Source of the DNA: Cocleimonas sp. | GTDB lineage: Bacteria > Pseudomonadota > Gammaproteobacteria > Thiotrichales > Thiotrichaceae | NCBI GenBank assembly: GCA_036960615.1 | Contig: JBALXO010000004.1 | Location: 8,875-72,874, forward strand | DNA length: 64,000 bases | Direction of reading: 5' to 3' | Shown here: positions 18,615 through 28,723 of the stretch, piece after piece | Layout of the letters: every line of letters begins with the position of its first letter | Numbering within the stretch: the stretch's first letter is position 1 | The notes under the pieces: model-generated | Seen by the model: the letters and a program-made list of their open reading frames with translations, nothing else | Databases searched by the model: none | Told to the model about the DNA's origin: nothing | Made by a program: the position numbers and the translations under genes

Positions 18615-19889
18615 ATGATTAATAAATTCATTCCAAAAACTATTCACAGAGTCATCGTTAAAGCTTTGAGCATATTTTTATTATTCGCCGTTTCTCTGCC
18701 GTCAATGGCAGAACTAGAACTGCGTATTTCAAAAACCAGTGATGACGGTATTCCAATCTATTTAGCGAATATCGCTGGTGGCGCTAATGGCATTATCGAA
18801 GCTGACCTCAAACGCAGTGGCCGTTTTACCGTAATCGACCGAAGTAAGATCAATAATCTACCGGCCTATGGTGCACCTCTCAATGCAGGTGCCTATTCGA
18901 ATATTGCAGATTACATTGTGCGTGGAAAGACATTAAACGGTGGCTTAGAAGTTGAGTTAACCAGTACTTCAGATAATGCTAAAACAATTTATAATATTTC
19001 ATCTAACAGTAATAACAGACGTGTTGCACACCAAGCGGCAGACAAAATCTACGAAAAAGTGACTCGTGAAAGAGGCGCTTTTGATACTCGCCTTGCTTAT
19101 GTGACAGTAACAAATAAAACCAGTAACAATCGGATGTTTAGGTTGTATGTTTCAGATTCTGATGGTCATAGGCCTAAAGCGATACTGTCTTCACGTTTAC
19201 CGGTTATGTCACCAGCATGGTCACCTGATGCGCAAAAATTAGCGTACGTATCATTTGAGGAAAACACCTCTGCGATTTACGTACAGAATATTTTTACTGG
19301 AAAAAAACGTAAGATATCCGCACGTGATGGTATCAACGGCGCTCCTGCTTGGTCTCCAGACGGCAATCGTTTAGCGATGAGTTTATCCATTAGCGGCAGC
19401 CCTGATATTTATGTCGCCAACGTCAACAATGGTGAATTAACTCGGGTAACGACTTCTTCTGCAATTGATACCGAACCTTCTTGGAGTGGCACTAATTCAA
19501 TTGTATTCACATCAAATCGTGGTGGTAGTCCGCAGTTATACCGTACCTCGGCATCAGGTGGTTCTGCTCAACGCTTAACGTTTGATGGTAAATATAATAG
19601 TGCTGCAGATATCGCTAATAATAAATTGGCCTATGTTACGGGCAATCGAGGCGCTTTTCATATTGCGCTTAGATCAGTGAATAATTCTGGTTCAGACAGA
19701 CTATCAAATGGCCAGTTAGATGAATCACCCACACTTTCACCTAATGGTGCAATGGTGGCTTATACCACTTTAAAAAATGGCGATAATACCCTCGCTGTTG
19801 TGAGTGATAACGCCAAAGCAAGACAGTTTTTAACTTCCCCTGTGGGCGATGTACGTGAGCCTGCTTGGTCACCCTATTTAAACCAATAG
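18615..19889 (+). CDS. tolB: Tol-Pal system beta-propeller protein TolB
   Basis: Signal peptide, then repeated WSPDG-type propeller blades (PAWSPDAQKLAYV, PAWSPDGNRLA, EPSWSG, SPTLSPNG, EPAWSP). Confidence 0.93.
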   Translation: MINKFIPKTIHRVIVKALSIFLLFAVSLPSMAELELRISKTSDDGIPIYLANIAGGANGIIEADLKRSGRFTVIDRSKINNLPAYGAPLNAGAYSNIADYIVRGKTLNGGLEVELTSTSDNAKTIYNISSNSNNRRVAHQAADKIYEKVTRERGAFDTRLAYVTVTNKTSNNRMFRLYVSDSDGHRPKAILSSRLPVMSPAWSPDAQKLAYVSFEENTSAIYVQNIFTGKKRKISARDGINGAPAWSPDGNRLAMSLSISGSPDIYVANVNNGELTRVTTSSAIDTEPSWSGTNSIVFTSNRGGSPQLYRTSASGGSAQRLTFDGKYNSAADIANNKLAYVTGNRGAFHIALRSVNNSGSDRLSNGQLDESPTLSPNGAMVAYTTLKNGDNTLAVVSDNAKARQFLTSPVGDVREPAWSPYLNQ

Positions 19890-19920
19890 TACCTAAAACA
19901 CCAATCAAAAGGATTTAGTT

Positions 19921-20529
19921 ATGAGAACAACAACGATACGATCTGTATTTACTTTATTATTTAGCACTTTGGTATTAACAGCCTGTAGTAGTCAAAATGT
20001 AAAAGATGACACTGTCGGTAGTGGTGGCGATAAACCCACTGTTACTAGCGATACTTTGAAAACCGATGGTAACTCCAAGATAGTCACTTCGGAGCAAGAT
20101 GGAAGTGAATTCAATTATTTACCAGGTACAAATAACGATCCAAATAACACCCAAGACATCAGCTTGGCTGGTCTGAGTGACCCTAATAACTTATTGTCGC
20201 AACGTGTTATTTATTTCGATTATGATAAAGCGGCGATTCGCCCAGAATACATGGTGCTCATTAATACTCACTCAAAGTTACTGTCAAAGTATCCTAATTT
20301 AAAAATGCGCCTAGAAGGTCATGCAGATGAACGTGGATCACGCGAATACAATGTGGCATTATCAGATGCGCGATCTCAATCCGTTAAGAATATTATGGTT
20401 GCACAAGGGCCGGACAGCAACCAAATGAGGACCATCGGTTTTGGTGAAGAAATACCTATAGTTAGTGGTCATAATTCATCATCATGGCAAAAAAACCGTC
20501 GTGTTGAGATTAAATATGATGATTACTAA
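19921..20529 (+). CDS. pal: peptidoglycan-associated lipoprotein
   Basis: Lipobox LTAC and a C-terminal OmpA-like domain (LEGHADERGSREYNVALSDARSQSV...NRRVEI). Confidence 0.93.
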   Translation: MRTTTIRSVFTLLFSTLVLTACSSQNVKDDTVGSGGDKPTVTSDTLKTDGNSKIVTSEQDGSEFNYLPGTNNDPNNTQDISLAGLSDPNNLLSQRVIYFDYDKAAIRPEYMVLINTHSKLLSKYPNLKMRLEGHADERGSREYNVALSDARSQSVKNIMVAQGPDSNQMRTIGFGEEIPIVSGHNSSSWQKNRRVEIKYDDY

Positions 20530-20565
20530 AAACTTCACATAACATCATTAGCAAAAATATAAATA

Positions 20566-20586
20566 CAGCCCTTGATAAGAGGGCTG
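20566..20586 (+). other. hairpin downstream of pal (CAGCCCT-N7-AGGGCTG)
   Basis: 7-bp GC-rich stem 37 nt after the pal stop. No U-tract, so it may act as an attenuator or RNA-stability element rather than a full terminator. Confidence 0.4.
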
Positions 20587-20610
20587 GTAATAATAAAACA
20601 AGGATAAAAT

Positions 20611-21525
20611 ATGTATAAACGTAACTTAGGGTTTTTAGGCTATCTCCTTAGTTCAGGCTTATGTTTGATGATTATGATTACACCTGCGTCCGCTGAAGTG
20701 AACCCACAATCTATTATTCAAATATTCCAACGCTTAGAGATTTTAGAGAAAAGATCACGTGAATTAACAGGTGAAAATGAAGTTTTAAAACATCAAATTG
20801 GGCAGCTTAAAAAAGTGCAAAAACAAGGCTTTTTGAATGTAGATGAGCAGATTGATGAAGTGCGTCAGAGCATGAAAGAAAAAAAGACCGCTCAAACTAC
20901 TCCAATAATTGAGCCAACAGCAATTGAAACACCCGTCGTAAAACCAGCACCAGCAGTACCTGTTAAACCAGAAACTCCGGCAGCTAAACCAGCGGCAACG
21001 GATGATAAAAAAGAAACGACTAATACTAAGCCAGAAACCTCTCTACCGATAGTTAAGACCGATGGGGTAAAGACTATCCCTCCAACGGCTGAAGAACTGG
21101 CAGAAGTAGAATCAAAAGGAAAAATCAGAGCGCCAACTGCGTATGAAAAAGAGACTTATCAAGCAGCATTTAACACCATGAGTGCTTCGCCTTCGGCGGC
21201 GACAAAAGCGTTTAAAGAATATATTAAACTCCAACCTAAAAGCCCTTTAGCGGCAAATGCTCAATATTGGATTGGGGAGATTATGTATTCACATAATAAT
21301 TACAAAGGTGCAGTGCAAGAGTTCATTAAGGTTTTACAACAATATAAAACTAGTAGCAAAGCTCCTGATGCTGCAATTAAACTGGGATATAGTTTTTATG
21401 CCCTTAAGAATTGGACCTATGCCCGCAGAACATTTGAAGATGTTTTAAAATACTTTCCTGATAATAAGAATGCAGTCAGCTTAGCAACTAAGCGTTTAGA
21501 GAAGATGAAGGCAGCAGGTAACTAA
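20611..21525 (+). CDS. cpoB: cell division coordinator CpoB (YbgF)
   Basis: Signal peptide, N-terminal coiled coil, Pro/Ala/Thr linker, C-terminal TPR domain (AQYWIGEIMYSHNNYKGAVQEF...). Last gene of the tol-pal cluster. Confidence 0.88.
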   Translation: MYKRNLGFLGYLLSSGLCLMIMITPASAEVNPQSIIQIFQRLEILEKRSRELTGENEVLKHQIGQLKKVQKQGFLNVDEQIDEVRQSMKEKKTAQTTPIIEPTAIETPVVKPAPAVPVKPETPAAKPAATDDKKETTNTKPETSLPIVKTDGVKTIPPTAEELAEVESKGKIRAPTAYEKETYQAAFNTMSASPSAATKAFKEYIKLQPKSPLAANAQYWIGEIMYSHNNYKGAVQEFIKVLQQYKTSSKAPDAAIKLGYSFYALKNWTYARRTFEDVLKYFPDNKNAVSLATKRLEKMKAAGN

Positions 21526-21554
21526 TAAGTAACTAAGCAGCTGTTTTATTCTTT

Positions 21555-21587
21555 AAAAAGACAACCCCACCTTTTTGCCACTTTTTC
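21555..21587 (+). repeat. C-rich extragenic repeat, copy 7
   Basis: AAAAAGACAACCCCACCTTTTTGCCACTTTTTC, 30 nt after the cpoB stop. Confidence 0.85.
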
Positions 21588-21598
21588 TTTTAACTACC

Positions 21599-22108
21599 TC
21601 AGTTTGGTTTATAAATAACCAAGCTACTTTTCACATAAGGGTTATTAGGATAACGACGGACTACTTTGTCCTGAACCGCAATCGCTTCTGGCTTGTGCGT
21701 ATAAGGTCCTAAACGTACTTTATACAATCTACTGTTATCACTTGCACTAGCCACTACAAAAGCAGAATAACCATCACGAGCGAAATCATTCATTATTCCT
21801 TTTGCTTGCTCTAATTGCTTAGTTGCAACAAGCTGCACGCCATAACCGCTGAAATCACTACTTCCTGAAGTTGATTTGCCCGAGACTTTATCCGATAAAT
21901 TGCTAACGAAAGTTTGCGTTTTATCTAAAGAGATTAAGCCTTTATTTTTAGCAATAAAAGCTCCGTAACCCAAGCCACCTATGATGAATATCATCAATAA
22001 TTGATTTATAGCGCCAGTTTGTTTACTGAGTCTTTTTTTACCATCATTACTAAGGAACTGAGAATTGCCAAAGCTAATTGGCTTCGTTTGATAGGTTTTA
22101 TTTTTCAT
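21599..22108 (-). CDS. SPOR-domain (septal peptidoglycan-binding) membrane protein
   Basis: C-terminal SPOR domain (YGVQLVATKQLEQAKG...YKVRLGPY...A). Start moved to the ATG giving MKNKTYQ, which has an AGGGA Shine-Dalgarno upstream. Confidence 0.75.
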   Translation of the reverse strand: MKNKTYQTKPISFGNSQFLSNDGKKRLSKQTGAINQLLMIFIIGGLGYGAFIAKNKGLISLDKTQTFVSNLSDKVSGKSTSGSSDFSGYGVQLVATKQLEQAKGIMNDFARDGYSAFVVASASDNSRLYKVRLGPYTHKPEAIAVQDKVVRRYPNNPYVKSSLVIYKPN

Positions 22109-22227
22109 TATTATTTCCCTAATGTTATCTCTTAAAATGAAAAGAGAATATCCATTAGGCAATTATAGATCAGCAAACATTTATCCAGCATGAATACTAA
22201 TTAGCGAATGTCGACGCTAATGAGCCT

Positions 22228-22581
22228 TTAGCCTTTTGGATCTTCGAAGAAAATGTAAGAAGTTGAGTAATCACTAAACTCAAAATAGATTTTCTTTTTT
22301 TCATTCTTATCAATCACATTATTCAAATTAGCATCTAAAAACCCATACCCATAGCGATAAGGACGATCTTTTTCATTGCTCGTTCCTAAAGCTGTTGTTA
22401 ACTTATCTATTTTCATAAAGCGCTTTACGAGAGTACTACCCGCATATACTTCAAGAATACCGTTTGTACCTGTCCAGTTATTTATAGCTCGTCCAATCTG
22501 GTTTTGGCTTTCTTGTGTACAGCCCACTAATCCCGTAATTATGGCAAATGAAGCTGCCAATAGTAGTTTCTGTTTCATCAT
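22228..22581 (-). CDS. small lipoprotein, unknown function
   Basis: Lipoprotein signal MMKQKLLLAASFAIITGLVGC. No family recognised. Confidence 0.65.
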   Translation of the reverse strand: MMKQKLLLAASFAIITGLVGCTQESQNQIGRAINNWTGTNGILEVYAGSTLVKRFMKIDKLTTALGTSNEKDRPYRYGYGFLDANLNNVIDKNEKKKIYFEFSDYSTSYIFFEDPKG

Positions 22582-22601
22582 CTATCTCCTATAATCAATG
22601 C

Positions 22602-23213
22602 ATGATACTTTACTATGTGCACGACCCAATGTGTAGCTGGTGTTGGGGTTTTCGCCCAACATGGGCTGAAATAAAAGCTAATTTGCCTGAAGCAGTAGAA
22701 GTGAAATACTTATTAGGCGGTTTAGCACCTGATTCTAGCGAAACTATGCCAGAGTCGATGCAATCTGATATCGTAGGTTATTGGCGTCGTATTCAACAGC
22801 ATATTCCTGGGACTCAATTCAATTTCGATTTCTGGGACAAATGCGAACCACGTCGTTCAACCTATCCTGCCTGTCGTGCTGTTATTGCAACACGTAAACA
22901 AAACCCTGAGCTTGAATTGGAGATGATTGAAGCGATTCAACAAGCTTATTATATGGGTGCGCAAAACCCTTCGAATGAGAGTACTTTGATTACCTTAGCA
23001 GGGGCACTGGGGTTAGATGAGCAACAGTTTGCCTCAGATTTAAATAGCGCTGAAACTCAGCAAATATTAGAAGCTGAAATGATGACAGGTCGTCGATTAG
23101 GCGCTCAGGGCTTCCCGAGTTTGATTTTAGCAAAAGATGGACAAGCTCAGTATTTGCCGTTGGATTACAACAGTGCTGATAATGTGCTGAATTTGATTAA
23201 GAGTGCTATTTAG
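22602..23213 (+). CDS. DsbA-family thiol:disulfide oxidoreductase-like protein
   Basis: N-terminal YYVHDPMCSWCWGF (CxxC in a thioredoxin-fold context). Start moved to the ATG giving MILYYV to avoid overlap with the divergent lipoprotein gene. Confidence 0.75.
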   Translation: MILYYVHDPMCSWCWGFRPTWAEIKANLPEAVEVKYLLGGLAPDSSETMPESMQSDIVGYWRRIQQHIPGTQFNFDFWDKCEPRRSTYPACRAVIATRKQNPELELEMIEAIQQAYYMGAQNPSNESTLITLAGALGLDEQQFASDLNSAETQQILEAEMMTGRRLGAQGFPSLILAKDGQAQYLPLDYNSADNVLNLIKSAI

Positions 23214-23237
23214 GATTTTTAATCAGTCTAAATATAT

Positions 23238-23272
23238 AAAAAGACACCCCCCACCTTTTTATCACTTTTTCC
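23238..23272 (+). repeat. C-rich extragenic repeat, copy 8
   Basis: AAAAAGACACCCCCCACCTTTTTATCACTTTTTCC, 25 nt after the DsbA-like gene stop. Confidence 0.9.
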
Positions 23273-23308
23273 AAGAGATGAAATATTCAATGTAAGTGAA
23301 TGGCTTAC

Positions 23309-24163
23309 TTATGCATCAGTCAGATAGCTATCCCAAGCAACATCATTGTTCCCAATAGCGAAGAAATAAGGATTCAACAACGAATCTTTAGTGTTATATA
23401 AAAGTGGCGTCATATCCGTTTTCACGATACTACCGCCCGCTTCATCGACAATACAATGTGCAGCCGCAGTATCCCATTCTGAGGTCAACCACAAACGAGG
23501 ATAGAGATCAGCGGTGCCTTCTGCAACCATACACATTTTTAAAGAGCTGCCCATGCTCTGTAAATCATATTCACCAAGATCTGCTTTAAAGTTATCTAAA
23601 AATTTCTGCATCGCATCACCCGAATGCGCTCGACTACCAACAAAAACGGCTTGATCTTTAGTAAATCCGCGTGCTTGAATTGAATGGGCCTCAGAAGTGT
23701 AGATTTTACCTTCTTGTTTAAAACTTCCATGCCCTTTAAAAGCGAAATAGCTCAACTCAAGTGCGGGTGCATAGATCACACCTAGTATCGATTTGTTTTT
23801 ATGGATCAAGGCTATATTTACAGTAAAACTGTCACCACGATTAATGAATTCCTTAGTCCCATCTAAAGGATCAACTAACCAGTAAGTTTCAAGCTTAGAA
23901 CGCTCCACAAAAGATAAATGTGCTGATTCCTCTGAAAGAAAAGGAAATTGCGTCGTAAGGTTTTTTAGCTCTTTTTCAATATGTGCATTCGCGGCTAAGT
24001 CTGCGGTCGTGACTGGGGAATCATCTGATTTAATTTCAATATCAAAATCGGTCTCGTAAACGGCCATGATTTTTCCACCTGCTTCAATAGCGATCCGACG
24101 GATTTCTGGTAACAATTCTGGCAATAGATTTAGTATTTCAATCGTAGATAATAGTTGAGTCAT
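23309..24163 (-). CDS. cysQ: 3'(2'),5'-bisphosphate nucleotidase
   Basis: Close end-to-end resemblance to E. coli CysQ (SPVTTADLAA, YWLVDPLDGTKEFI, FTVNIALI, GSSLKMCMVAEG, WDTAAAH). ATG with a GGGA Shine-Dalgarno preferred over the upstream GTG at 24187. Confidence 0.9.
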   Translation of the reverse strand: MTQLLSTIEILNLLPELLPEIRRIAIEAGGKIMAVYETDFDIEIKSDDSPVTTADLAANAHIEKELKNLTTQFPFLSEESAHLSFVERSKLETYWLVDPLDGTKEFINRGDSFTVNIALIHKNKSILGVIYAPALELSYFAFKGHGSFKQEGKIYTSEAHSIQARGFTKDQAVFVGSRAHSGDAMQKFLDNFKADLGEYDLQSMGSSLKMCMVAEGTADLYPRLWLTSEWDTAAAHCIVDEAGGSIVKTDMTPLLYNTKDSLLNPYFFAIGNNDVAWDSYLTDA

Positions 24164-24211
24164 TTTTCCCTTTTCTTTTTTTAACACGGATGCTAAAGAA
24201 TCGTTTTCTAA

Positions 24212-24769
24212 TTAACGCTTATCTAATAAGTTTTTCACTAAATACAAAGCCGCAATACTTCGACCTTCAGTGAAGTCTTCTTGTATCAATAACTCATCTA
24301 TTTCACTGATTTTCCATTCAATCACTTCAAGTTCTTCCGGCTCATCACCTTCTTCACGGCGGACCTTTAGATCTTCCGCAAGAATAATACTGGTCACATG
24401 ACCCATATAACTGGGCGCAAGACTCAAACCTTTCAAGAAAGTGAGATTAGCGGATTCATATCCCGCTTCTTCCATTAACTCTCTATTCGCTGCATCTAGC
24501 AATCCTTCTCCTAGGTCAACCTTACCTTTTGGGAAACCTAACTCGTAGCGTTCCGTACCTGCACCATATTCACGAATTAGTAATAAGCGGTCTTCTTGTC
24601 CTTCGGTACGTAAAACTGGCACGACTAAAACGGCGCCAACTCCGGTACTAGCAACGCGTTCGTATTCGACTTTTACGCCGTTTGAAAACTCTAAATCAAG
24701 TGCTTCAATTTTAAATAATCGGCTAGTGGCAACGACTCGTGTTTGGTGTATGGTTGGCTTTTGTTTCAT
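24212..24769 (-). CDS. nudE: ADP compounds hydrolase (Nudix)
   Basis: Collinear with E. coli NudE (SRLFKIEALDLEFSNGV..YER, LIREYGAGTERYELGFPKG, Nudix box ANRELMEEAG, GDEPE). Confidence 0.88.
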   Translation of the reverse strand: MKQKPTIHQTRVVATSRLFKIEALDLEFSNGVKVEYERVASTGVGAVLVVPVLRTEGQEDRLLLIREYGAGTERYELGFPKGKVDLGEGLLDAANRELMEEAGYESANLTFLKGLSLAPSYMGHVTSIILAEDLKVRREEGDEPEELEVIEWKISEIDELLIQEDFTEGRSIAALYLVKNLLDKR

Positions 24770-24785
24770 ATGTGGAGTCTACCTC

Positions 24786-25454
24786 TTGGCGCACGCAATT
24801 CCCATTGATTGGCAATCTATTCATACCGTTTTTTTAGACATGGATGGTACATTGCTCGATTTACACTTCGATAATTACTTTTGGCTGGAACATATGCCAA
24901 AACGTTATGCTGAAAAAAATAAGTTACCTTATCAACAAGGTAAAGATATTCTGATGAAACATTCAGAGTCTACCCAAGGCTCTTTAGATTGGTATTGTTT
25001 AGATCATTGGACGAATACTGTTGAAATGGATGTGGTGGCATTAAAACATGAAGTCGCTGATAAAATTTCTATCCGTGAAAATGTAATCCCATTTTTAAAT
25101 CATTTAAGAACACTTAAAAAACGCGTTGTGTTATTGACTAATGCGCATAGCAATAGCGTTAAACTTAAGTTTGCTTATGTCGAAATCGAAAAATATTTTG
25201 ATGAAATAATCACCTCACATGATATCGGTCTCGCCAAGGAAGAGATGGGATTTTGGGAAGCATTAACTAAACATGAAAATTACGATAAAAATAACAGCCT
25301 ATTTATTGATGACAACTTTGATGTGTTAAATAACGCGCGTGAATACGGCATAAAACACTTACTAACAATAAGTAAACCAGATTCACAAAAACCCATTAAA
25401 GATACGCTAGATTATGTAGCTATTGATGACTATCAACAGTTGATTAATGAATAG
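24786..25454 (+). CDS. yrfG: HAD-family GMP/IMP nucleotidase YrfG-like
   Basis: IDWQSIHTVFLDMDGTLLDLHFDNYFW matches the E. coli YrfG N-terminus. I propose the in-frame TTG at 24786, which has a GGAG 9 nt upstream, because the track start (GTG 24726) overlaps the nudE start. The start is uncertain. Confidence 0.8.
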   Translation: MAHAIPIDWQSIHTVFLDMDGTLLDLHFDNYFWLEHMPKRYAEKNKLPYQQGKDILMKHSESTQGSLDWYCLDHWTNTVEMDVVALKHEVADKISIRENVIPFLNHLRTLKKRVVLLTNAHSNSVKLKFAYVEIEKYFDEIITSHDIGLAKEEMGFWEALTKHENYDKNNSLFIDDNFDVLNNAREYGIKHLLTISKPDSQKPIKDTLDYVAIDDYQQLINE

Positions 25455-25464
25455 CGTTAATAAC

Positions 25465-25498
25465 AAAGACACCCCCCACCTTTTGGGCACTTCTCGCC
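25465..25498 (+). repeat. C-rich extragenic repeat, copy 9
   Basis: AAAGACACCCCCCACCTTTTGGGCACTTCTCGCC, 11 nt after the yrfG stop. Confidence 0.9.
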
Positions 25499-25548
25499 AA
25501 TATTCTGCTAGAATAGAGCAAAAATAAGACTTAAGTTTAGGACGACTT

Positions 25549-26406
25549 ATGAATAAACAGGCTGTTTCTTTTACCTTCTCAAAGGCTCTTATGAGTGTCA
25601 GTAAAATAAAAAATATCTCGCTTTTCATTGCAGGCATATTGTTTAGTTTAAACGCTCAGGCAAATCAAAATATTCTACTCGATTCAAATGGCATTCCTCT
25701 ATCAGATGAGGTTTTGCTTTTATTGAGTACTGGTTCTGAAAGAATTGACCAAAGTAAAGAATCTATATCTAAAAAACCGATGTCTAAAAAAGACGTCTCG
25801 GAATCAAAAAAGAAGAAAACAAAAAAAGTAAAACGCGAACCTAACCCTCTATTAGAAGAGGAATTGCTCGATGCGATGAAGGCTGGACAAATCCCACGCG
25901 TTAAACAGCTACTAAGGGCAGGTATCTCACCAACTTTCAAAAACTATAAAGGTGAAACGCCTTTAGGCATTGCGGTATCACGTGGCTGGGCTTCAATGGT
26001 AATTAGCTTACTTGAAAAAGGCGCAGATATTAATGAAGAAGGCGCTAAAGGCGTGACTTTAATGCATGTCGCCAGTGCCAAAGGCTTAATCGATGTGGCC
26101 AAAGTATTAGTTAAAAATGGTTTGAGCTCATCACAAAAAACCGATAAAAATTGGACTCCATTACATGTTGCAGCACGTTATAACCACTGGCAATTAGTGC
26201 AGTATTACGTCGCGCAAGGAGTTGACCCTGATATCCGTAATTCGGATGGACAAACAGCACTTGGACTAGCGAGACATTTACGTTATCCAAGTATTATTAA
26301 GATACTTTCGCAAGTAACAAGCAGAAGCTCATTAGACTTTGCCGATTTAAAATCTCGCAAGAAGAAGAGAAAGAAAAGACGCAAAAAACGTAAATCTAAA
26401 ACATAG
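25549..26406 (+). CDS. secreted ankyrin-repeat protein with two poly-basic tracts
   Basis: Signal peptide ending AQA-NQ, then 3-4 ANK repeats (GETPLGIAVSRGWASMVISLLEKGADIN; TLMHVASAKGLIDVAKVLVKNG; WTPLHVAARYNHWQLVQYYVAQGVDPD; GQTALGLA). Basic tracts are SKKKKTKKVKR and the C-terminal SRKKKRKKRRKKRKSKT. Confidence 0.85.
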   Translation: MNKQAVSFTFSKALMSVSKIKNISLFIAGILFSLNAQANQNILLDSNGIPLSDEVLLLLSTGSERIDQSKESISKKPMSKKDVSESKKKKTKKVKREPNPLLEEELLDAMKAGQIPRVKQLLRAGISPTFKNYKGETPLGIAVSRGWASMVISLLEKGADINEEGAKGVTLMHVASAKGLIDVAKVLVKNGLSSSQKTDKNWTPLHVAARYNHWQLVQYYVAQGVDPDIRNSDGQTALGLARHLRYPSIIKILSQVTSRSSLDFADLKSRKKKRKKRRKKRKSKT

Positions 26407-26414
26407 AGTCCTGA

Positions 26415-27083
26415 CTAAACTGCTAGTATTAATTGTGCCAATTTTGCGATTGAATCTGATTTTTCCTGATTGTAGTCGAAGCGTATAACTTCGCAATCCA
26501 CTCGCTTTTGGATATCTGAAAAATTATCCATCGCTTTATCTGTTTGATCTACATTTGGTCTATTCAAAGCAATAGCGCTTAAATTCAAACCTTGCTTCGC
26601 TATCGCTTCTACATTCAACAAAGCTTGATTGATACAACCCAAGCGATTCTCGACGACAAGTAATATAGGTAAACCTAGAGATACTGCGAGATCAGCGTTT
26701 AAGCCATCATTACAAATAGGTGAATAAAAACCACCAGCGCCTTCGACGTAAAGAAAATCTGTTTCATCCACTCCTATCAAGCAATCTTGATAAAGTTGCT
26801 CCAAGGTGATTATTTCACCCTCAAGCATAGCTGCTCTATCTGGAGAAAGCGCCGCTGAAAAACGATTAGGGCAAACAATATCCAATTCATCCGTTTGCCC
26901 CATTGCACTGGCTAACTTCCAAGCATCTGTCTCGCTTACATCAGCTGATATGGGCCAGCCTGATTCAATAGGCTTTCTAGCCTGAACGTTCATTTTTAGT
27001 TTTTTAAGTTCGGTAATCAATCGAGAACCTAGCCATGTTTTACCAACATTGGTATCGGTTGCAGTTACAAACAAACCTTTCAT
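26415..27083 (-). CDS. bioD: dethiobiotin synthetase
   Basis: FVTATDTNVGKT P-loop, VEGAGGFYSP, RLGCINQALL; collinear with E. coli BioD. Confidence 0.88.
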   Translation of the reverse strand: MKGLFVTATDTNVGKTWLGSRLITELKKLKMNVQARKPIESGWPISADVSETDAWKLASAMGQTDELDIVCPNRFSAALSPDRAAMLEGEIITLEQLYQDCLIGVDETDFLYVEGAGGFYSPICNDGLNADLAVSLGLPILLVVENRLGCINQALLNVEAIAKQGLNLSAIALNRPNVDQTDKAMDNFSDIQKRVDCEVIRFDYNQEKSDSIAKLAQLILAV

Positions 27084-27667
27084 TTTATTTCATTACCCGA
27101 TCTATTATTAACGCCATACAAAATACCTGATGCTTTGGCAAAGATTTCATCTTTAGAAATAGCTCCAAAGATGCGGCTATCTGCACTATTGTCTCGATTA
27201 TCACCCATCACGAAAACATGGTTTTGAGGAATCGTCATTAACTTCATTTTTAATGAGTAAGATGTCTTACTATTACTTGGCAACACATAGCTTTCATTAA
27301 CCATTTTTTTATTTACGAACAGCTTCCCATTTTTCAATTGAACATTGTCGCCCGCAATCGCAATGACTCTTTTGATGTACTGAACTTTTGACTTAACTTG
27401 ATTTTTCTTAGACTGATGAAACACAACCACATCTTTTCTCTGTGGCGATTTTTCAGCATAAGCAAGATTAGAAACGCTTATAAAATCACCTGGGAATAAT
27501 AGCGGCTGCATAGACTTGCTAGGTATTTGATAAATATCAAAGCCAAACACTCTTGGTCGGATATTATCTGTTTTTAAGCCGTAAGGGTTTATATAATAAA
27601 CCAACACAACACCCGCACTAATGATAAAAATCATAGCAATAAGAAATAAGCTTATGCGTTTAATCAT
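27080..27667 (-). CDS. lepB: signal peptidase I (short, 195 aa)
   Basis: S26 boxes: IPSKSMQPLL (catalytic Ser), KRVIAIAGD (Lys box), VMGDNRDNSADSR. One N-terminal TM. 4-nt overlap with the bioD start. Confidence 0.82.
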   Translation of the reverse strand: MIKRISLFLIAMIFIISAGVVLVYYINPYGLKTDNIRPRVFGFDIYQIPSKSMQPLLFPGDFISVSNLAYAEKSPQRKDVVVFHQSKKNQVKSKVQYIKRVIAIAGDNVQLKNGKLFVNKKMVNESYVLPSNSKTSYSLKMKLMTIPQNHVFVMGDNRDNSADSRIFGAISKDEIFAKASGILYGVNNRSGNEIK

Positions 27668-27733
27668 TTGTTACAAAACGGTGTAAAATTAACATATTCC
27701 AATATTAGCATTAAACAAATATTAAAGAATTAA

Positions 27734-28678
<945 letters not shown>

Positions 28679-28692
28679 AGTAATCGATTAAA

Positions 28693-28723
28693 TAGAAATA
28701 GGGAAAAGGTAGGGGGTGTCTTA
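28693..28723 (-). repeat. C-rich extragenic repeat, copy 10 (begins in the subtilase stop codon)
   Basis: Minus strand reads TAAGACACCCCCTACCTTTTCCCTATTTCTA. The leading TAA is the stop codon of the S8 protease gene. Confidence 0.85.
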
